From: Salpingoeca rosetta
Lineage: Eukaryota > Protista > Choanoflagellata
Direction: 5' to 3'
DNA: 64,000 nt
Assembly: GCA_033442325.1 (NCBI GenBank)
Contig: JAWQFM010000017.1
Span: 485,905-549,904 of the forward strand
Made by a program: the position numbers and the translations under genes. Under the pieces are notes generated by a model. The model was not told the origin of the DNA. It was given only the letters and a program-made list of their open reading frames with translations, and made no database searches. The stretch's first letter is position 1. The number at the start of each line of letters is the position of its first letter. Shown piece after piece: positions 57,503 to 64,000 of the stretch.

Positions 57503-60028
57503 ATGACTGAAGTGTTGAGGGTGAGCGAGTGGGCATTGGTTGCATCGCAGCTCGTGGATGAAGCAGCACCTGCAGCCGAACACATGGACGATGTCATCAT
57601 GCGGTTGGTCGTTGCCAGCCGCGCGTTCTTCAACCTCATGCAGACGTGCCGCGAGCTGTACCACGACCTCCCATGGGCCATGCCAAAGTGGTGTCTGTCA
57701 GCCGTGTACCGTGGCAAAGGCGGCGTGATTGCGCACTGGGTGGACACGTTCCAGCCAGGCCTCGCACAGGCACAAGCCATTGAACCAGCTGCACTTGCCA
57801 CAACAACCACAACAACTGCCACTCAGGCCACTGCATCCTTAAGGCCAGCAAGAAACAGCACACAGTGCACAGGGAGCGCGGTGCCGCAAGGTGACAGCGG
57901 TTTGGGTGTTGTTGCCTGGACAGAAACCCGCTTCCTCGTACACGCCTGGCTCGGCGCGATGTTCGACAGCAAGTGTGCGTTCCTGCGTGCCCAGCTGGCA
58001 GCACCTGCATCGCTTGAGTTCTGGCGCAGCTTCGGTTCCTGTGGCCACATGTATTTTTCCGACCTGAGCTACCTCAAGCTCTGGGCAAGGGAAGAGGCTC
58101 AAGCCCGAGAGAAATGCAAAAACGCAACAGCGACGCTGGACAAGGCCGGTGAAGTATCGCAAGAACAGCGCCAACCACGAGTGCAGCCACGATCCAAGGG
58201 AAGCAAACAAGCGGAGGAGAAGGTGGAGCAGCAGACGCACCAGCATCCCAAACAGCCAACAGATCAAGAAGAAGAAGAGGAAGACGACGACGAAGAAGAA
58301 GAAGAAGAAGAAGAAGAAGAAGAAGAAGAAGAAGAAGAAGAAGAAGAAGAAGAAGAAGAAGAAGAAGAAGACGAACAACAACAACAACAACAACAAGATA
58401 TTCGGCACGATGTCGCCCTCGTGCCGGAAGCTCCTGCTCGGCCATCGGCACACAACCGTAAGCGGGAGGCATCACCAGTACCGTTGTTGGCTCCAGCAAT
58501 GTTCTCCATGACAGCAGTGCTGTCAAACCAGGACGACATTGACTGCCTCCACCAGCTTCGTACCACGCTGCTCACCCATGCACGAGGAAAGACCCTGCAT
58601 TTGACTGCCGACGTGACAACACCGCTGCTCACGGTGTGTAACGTCGAGCGCCTAATCATCGTCTCCTCCTCCAAGGTCTCAATCGAGAGCCTCTATCTCA
58701 ACGATGTCGACATTGTGATGTGGCACCCAAGTGCCGTGCAGCGCGCCATTCAGGGAGACCTTCAGCGCGTGCGCCGCGTGACGCTGAATACGCCCTTTGG
58801 CTTGCACGATATCGCTGCGCTTGCGGGCGTGCCAGAAGTTCACCTCTGCAGCAGCCCTCTGCTCCGACAGCAGCATGTGTCCGAGGCATCCGAGGCGAAT
58901 GTTGACACAGACATCACCACCGACCTTTCCCCATTGCTTGGTGCGAGCGAGCTTGAGATTAGCGACTTGCCTGTGGCCCATGAACGGTCAGTTTTTGATG
59001 CAGCGCAACGCATCACCCTCTCTTCCACAAAAGTGTCGACCACCACGCTTGCCAACGCCACCAGCGTCAAGCTGCTCAATGTGACCGTGCTCCCAGGCCT
59101 GCTGCACCTTCCAAAGGCGACCGACATACGCGTCATCGATTCTAACGTTAACGGAATCACGTGCCCGGCCCGCATCAATCGCCTGTATATCCACAGTGAA
59201 GACAGCCGTGCCGTCGGGCCAATACCTGCGTTTGAGCACGCCAATTTGGTCCATCTCAGTTTCCTGAGCGCGCTCCTGTCACGCTCGCAACTGGCTGACC
59301 TTGGCGGGCGGGCCGACGTGCTGGCGTTGGAGGACTGTGTCAAGGACATCAGCGACCTGCAGGTCGTTCCAGACCACGTGTCCGTACATGTGCGGGGCGT
59401 GAATGTCGACGCACCAGCACCGCCATGCGTGAAGAAACTGCAATGCCGCCCACCCGCCGGCTTTCAAACGCGGTTCGTGGCGCACGTGCCGCGCCTAACA
59501 ATTGATAGTGACCCCGGTGCTCCCCGCATCCGCAATCTCCATCTGCTCTCCAAGCGCCAGCAGCTGTCGCTGCGTCTCTGTCCGTTTGACAAGGCACACA
59601 TCTCGGACTGCAAGCGGCTGCTCTTGTGGAGGTGTGTTGGTACCGCTGCCGTTGCCTCTGTCAGCTTTCTGGAGGTTGAGTCCGGTGTGGTTGCCTCAGA
59701 GGGAACTGGTGATCACGACAACACCAAGCTCCACCTGACGCATGTACGCGACGTGTCCACATGTCGCCTGGAGCTGTGCCACATCGAGGACTTTGCCTGC
59801 ATGCAGAACGTCCGGCGGCTCGTGCTGGGCAGGTGTACCTTTGACAGCGTCGACAACCTCCCGCCCGTGGACTCGCTTGTCGTGTGGGGATGCACCATGC
59901 GAGACGAGACGTGGAGTTGGCCAAAGGTGGTCTTGACCAACCGGTCCCCAGAGGAGATGCGGCGCATCCTGCTTGCAGGCAAAAGAAGCATCAGTGTCTT
60001 TGACAGTGACGATGATGATGACAACTGA
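57503..60028 (+). CDS. Intronless protein with F-box-like N-terminus, poly-Glu tract and degenerate LRR-like repeats
   Basis: 841-aa uninterrupted ORF. N-terminal EWALVASQL...FFNLMQTCRELY; (GAA)n poly-E at ~58293-58369; repeats LHDIAALAGVPEVHL, TDLSPLLGASELEI, IRNLHLLSKRQQLSL and IEDFACMQNVRRLVL. Confidence 0.75.
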   Translation: MTEVLRVSEWALVASQLVDEAAPAAEHMDDVIMRLVVASRAFFNLMQTCRELYHDLPWAMPKWCLSAVYRGKGGVIAHWVDTFQPGLAQAQAIEPAALATTTTTTATQATASLRPARNSTQCTGSAVPQGDSGLGVVAWTETRFLVHAWLGAMFDSKCAFLRAQLAAPASLEFWRSFGSCGHMYFSDLSYLKLWAREEAQAREKCKNATATLDKAGEVSQEQRQPRVQPRSKGSKQAEEKVEQQTHQHPKQPTDQEEEEEDDDEEEEEEEEEEEEEEEEEEEEEEEEEEDEQQQQQQQDIRHDVALVPEAPARPSAHNRKREASPVPLLAPAMFSMTAVLSNQDDIDCLHQLRTTLLTHARGKTLHLTADVTTPLLTVCNVERLIIVSSSKVSIESLYLNDVDIVMWHPSAVQRAIQGDLQRVRRVTLNTPFGLHDIAALAGVPEVHLCSSPLLRQQHVSEASEANVDTDITTDLSPLLGASELEISDLPVAHERSVFDAAQRITLSSTKVSTTTLANATSVKLLNVTVLPGLLHLPKATDIRVIDSNVNGITCPARINRLYIHSEDSRAVGPIPAFEHANLVHLSFLSALLSRSQLADLGGRADVLALEDCVKDISDLQVVPDHVSVHVRGVNVDAPAPPCVKKLQCRPPAGFQTRFVAHVPRLTIDSDPGAPRIRNLHLLSKRQQLSLRLCPFDKAHISDCKRLLLWRCVGTAAVASVSFLEVESGVVASEGTGDHDNTKLHLTHVRDVSTCRLELCHIEDFACMQNVRRLVLGRCTFDSVDNLPPVDSLVVWGCTMRDETWSWPKVVLTNRSPEEMRRILLAGKRSISVFDSDDDDDN

Positions 60029-60187
60029 CGAGGCAAGGCGGGAGAGCTGCGTGCGTGCGTGTGTATGATAGATGATGTGTGATGTGATGAAATCGAATCC
60101 TTTGTGAATTTGTTTGTGTATCCATCATGGCGGTAGGAAGTTGGAACCGCAACACTGCACGCTGGAGTTTTGTTTTGTTGACGATGG

Positions 60188-60221
<34 letters not shown>

Positions 60222-61115
60222 ATGATTTAAAAGTATTTGTCACTTTCACAAGCGGTAAGCATCCAACACACACACAGACACTTCCGAGCTTGCTCGAGCT
60301 CCCAACCACCCGATGACATCATCCTATCATCGTGCACGACTGAGCATTGCAGTGCAGGCCAGTGTGCTAGGAAAAGATGCTCAAAGGGATGTGACATGCC
60401 TGAAAGAGAGAGGGTGTGTATGTGCGCACGGGGTTTGTGGTCTTCCATTTGCCCAGGCCCTCCCCCTCTTCACCACTAAGGTTGAGGGAAAAAAAAAAAA
60501 AGCCGAACTGAAAACCACGGAAGAGAATGCGGCTCGCATCCTTGCTTAGACCATCTTCAACTGTAGTGTAGACGCAAACACCCATTTCAACCAACTTTGC
60601 ACACATGTTCCAGGCACCCAACCCTTGCATGACGTCAGCGAGCTGAGGAGCTGAAGGCCTCCGCGGAGCAGAACCCGAATTCAACATGCACAGCGAAAGG
60701 GGGCTGGGGCGGGGTAACCTTGAAAGGGAGGAACAATTCGTGTGGCTCACCGAAGGCCCCAGTTCGCATGTTGAACATAGGACGCAGTCCATCCAAGACA
60801 ACCAAGAGATTGCAAGTGACCACATGCGATGACTGCTGCCCGCATGCGCGCGTGTTGTGTGTTCCCCATCACATCATCCAGCCCCTTGTTCCCATTCATC
60901 TCTCGAACTCAATGCCACCACTATCGCTCAACCAAATCACAGTGGCACCAGTGCTGTGTGTAACCGTTTACTTTTGTCTCGCTCGAGACGTCCCGAAGCC
61001 ACCGCCACCGCTACCGACCACAACCACCCTCCATCGGGATGACACAACCACACAACCACACAACCAACCAACCAACCAACCAGCTCACCACCCAACTCAG
61101 GTACACCTCTATCTC

Positions 61116-63955
61116 TCACTCATACACCCATCTGGAAGGCTTCTTGTTCTGCGCCACCTTGTACAGCTTGTCGACGGGCGACAGCAGCCGCGCACACCGG
61201 CGCTCACTGCCAGACCCGCTGATGGGTGGTGGTGGCGGTGGAAGTGGTGGTGGTGGATGGCAATGGGGGAACGTATGAGTCGTGAGGCGGACAAGTGGGC
61301 TGGGCATTGAAGCATGGTAGCCTTGCCAATAATGCGGTGGCATGCTGTGATACCCGCTCTCACTCACAGACACAGACACAGACACAGACACACAGACACA
61401 TTACCTTTGTGCGAGGTCTGCAATCTCTGATGGGGTCTTCAGGATGACGGATTCGCATGTGTCCAGCAAAGCCCGCAGGTGTGCCTTCAACACATCCACC
61501 TCGTCCCGCATCTGCATCTCACGCGTCAGCTTGCGCCTGCGCACGTGCGTGCGTGTGTGTGTGTATGCAAGTGTGTGTGTGTGTGTGTGTGTGTGCGTGT
61601 ATGTGTGTGTGTGTGAGCGCGAAAGAGACGACCAAAACCATCCACGTCACACCCACAGCCAATCCACGTCACACCCACAGCCAATCCACGTCACACCGAC
61701 ACCCACAGCACACTGCCACCACCATTCACCACCGCCACCGCACCAGAGCGTGGTGTTGAATTGCTTGTAGAGGGCGGCGTCGACGGTGTTGACAGCCAGG
61801 ATTTGGGTGCGCAGCGAAGCAGGGATCTTCCGCTCGGGATACAGTGCATCCACAGTCACGCCTACCACCAGGCACGATGCACGTTATGATGGGGGGTGAA
61901 GAAAGGAGGGGTGAGATGAGCGTCACGTTGAAAGGCGGCACGGCAAGATGAGGAAAGGGTGATGTTTGGCAAGCGACTGCGCTTGCATTTGTGATGTTGT
62001 CATGAATAACGAAGAAGCCAGCAGTATAACACAGTGGCACGTGCACGGTGTGATGTGACACCACACAGCCCCACCCTTTGGGACGTTGGGGTTGTTTGGA
62101 TGTGCAATGTACTCGACATCGCGCCGGCTCCAGCACAGCAGCCGGCGCATGTACAGCTGCAGGCGGCAGGCGGTGGTAGTGGTGATGGTGGCGGGGACAG
62201 CACGCGCATTGGTGAGATGAGATGTGTGGAGAGTGTGCATGGGCATGTCAAAGCACAGGAGGGGAGCAAGTGAGCATGGAATTGGAGATTCACATTGCGT
62301 GAAAACATGACACGACATCAAACAGTAGTGAAAAACAAATCCAACGTGCAACGTCCTCCGCATCCACCCACCTCCTCCACCTCTTTCCCTCAACAGCACA
62401 CAGAACTCTTCACTCCCCACTCCCTCCAGCCACAATGTACGTATGCTGTGCACATGCTGTTGACGCACCATCGACTCGAACCAGTGGTCGGCCACGAGAC
62501 CAAACGAAAACGTGCTCGCAATCCGCATCGCAGCCCGCCGGCCCTGGCATTCGCGACAACGGGGCAATGGGGAAGGATGGTGGGGGCGAGGGAAAATGGT
62601 GTGAGGGAATGAGAGAGCGAGAGAGAGAGTGTGTGTGTGTTTTTTTTTTGTGTGTGTGCATGAGAAACGGAGCGCACGTTGTTTGTGCACCATCGACACC
62701 GCTCGCAGTGTGACGCACTCAATCATCAACAAAGCCCCACATCACGCAAGTCCTTGACCATGCCTGCAGGCAAAACGATGATGCGCACCTCTGCCTCGCT
62801 GACGTCGAGGGACTTCCCCTCGTAACCAAGAGAGCGAGCCATTCCGTTGTGCAAGCGCAGCTGGGCAGCCTTTGGAGAGCGAAAAGTCACATGCATGCAT
62901 GTGTGTGTGTGTGTATGTTGTGTGAGGGGGAAGCGAGTGCATGGTCAATGTGAGATGGATCCGTGCAAGAGCATACATGGCACTTCCAGGGATGTGAAGT
63001 GTGGAGTAGGTGGGATGAAGGCGTTTTGTGCGAGGTGTGGGACGTTTGTACGAGTGTGTTCGTGTGTGCAAGGGCTGCATTGTTCGCGTAGAGCACACTT
63101 GTGTCGTTGACAGAGTGCTGTCATACCTCGGGCACCTTGCCCTTGAAAGCGTTCGGGTCCTTCAAGTAATCCTCCATGGAGGTGCCGTCAAGCAGCGTGT
63201 CCATGTCCAGTTCTGGCAATTTGTGTGCATGGCGTGTGCATGTGCATGTATGTGTGTGTGCATGTATGTGTGCGTGTGTGTGTATGTGTGAGGTGTGTAT
63301 GTGTGAGGTGTGTGTGTGTATGTGCGAGCGTGTGTGGTTGCACCAGTGTGTGGTTGCATCAGCAGAGACACACAAGTCACAACCCACCGCCACCACCGCC
63401 ACGACCACGACCACCACCAAGCAGCACCATCAAGGCCGCACCGTCCCAGAGGTCGACGAATCGCTGCGCCGGATCGCGGACGACGGCAATGGAGATGGAC
63501 TGACGGTCAACAAACGGGCCCGCCGCAGACACCCGCAGTGGCACGTCCTCCCTGTTGGTGGCGTTGGTTGGTTGGTTGGTTGGTTGGTTGGTTGGTGACA
63601 CCGGTTCGTGGATTGGTTGTTGAACATTAGTGGGCAGAGGAAGTGCAGAATGGCGACACACGGACGCTTCTCAATCCACCACCACCTCATCCAAACCCAA
63701 CACTACCACGCCTCCAGCCATTGCCAACATCACCACCACCGCGTTCGCACCTCCCGACGAGGATGTTGATGGGTGTTGTCTTCTTTCCCCCGCGCGTCTT
63801 TGGCGTCAAAAACTGCTGCCTGATGTCGGATTTGCTGTGCACACACAATAGGGGAGAGATGGATTGTCGTGAATGGGTGGTGAAAGAAAAGGAAAGTGCG
63901 ACTGTTGACGCAAAGAGCAGTCGACACACACACACACACACACACGCACACACAC

Positions 63956-63994
<39 letters not shown>

Positions 63995-64000
63995 CACACA
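61116..64000 (-). CDS. Galactose-3-O-sulfotransferase (GAL3ST)-like protein, 5' end outside window
   Basis: Spliced peptides INILVG, IAVVRDPAQRF, HNGMARSLG, FSFGLVADHWFESM, YMRRLLCWSRRDVEY, NTVDAALYKQFNTTLW and last exon RRCARLLSP...WVYE*. These match GAL3ST motifs LRDP, ExFDESL, LCW..DV and DxxLYxHFNxTFW. Confidence 0.8.

Noticed and set aside
60367-60825. 152-aa minus-strand ORF downstream of the GAL3ST-like gene
   Set aside because: No motif or clear splice link; GAL3ST-like already ends at TGA 61116. An extra exon cannot be fully excluded.

Overview
Eukaryotic, intron-dense, microsatellite-saturated DNA with GT-AG introns full of (GT)n/(CA)n tracts and two N gaps. Gene content and style strongly suggest a choanoflagellate such as Salpingoeca rosetta (inference). 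Most ORFs in the supplied track are microsatellite artefacts, so I rebuilt genes by hand from splice sites and reading phase. About 14 protein-coding genes are supported, in order: an LRR-Roc-COR (ROCO) gene built from 84-nt one-LRR exons (+, 5' partial), GMPPA (-), SMPD4/nSMase3 with an inserted SH2-like domain (+), an intronless degenerate bZIP (-), USP35/38 (+), TMCO4/DUF726 fused to a split CAP-Gly domain (-), a type-I-membrane protein ending in a bZIP-like domain (+), FDXR (+), a divergent profilin-like protein (-), a secreted PNGase F-like enzyme (+), KIAA1143 (-), mitochondrial ACP NDUFAB1 (+), an intronless F-box/LRR-like gene (+) and a GAL3ST-like sulfotransferase (-, 5' partial). The best candidates for new biology are the receptor-like membrane-tethered bZIP, the SMPD4-SH2 and TMCO4-CAP-Gly fusions, the modular LRR exon array, and complementary GT/CA tracts bracketing introns. 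No rRNA, tRNA, CRISPR or transposase was recognised. All homology calls come from motif recognition from memory, not from searches.
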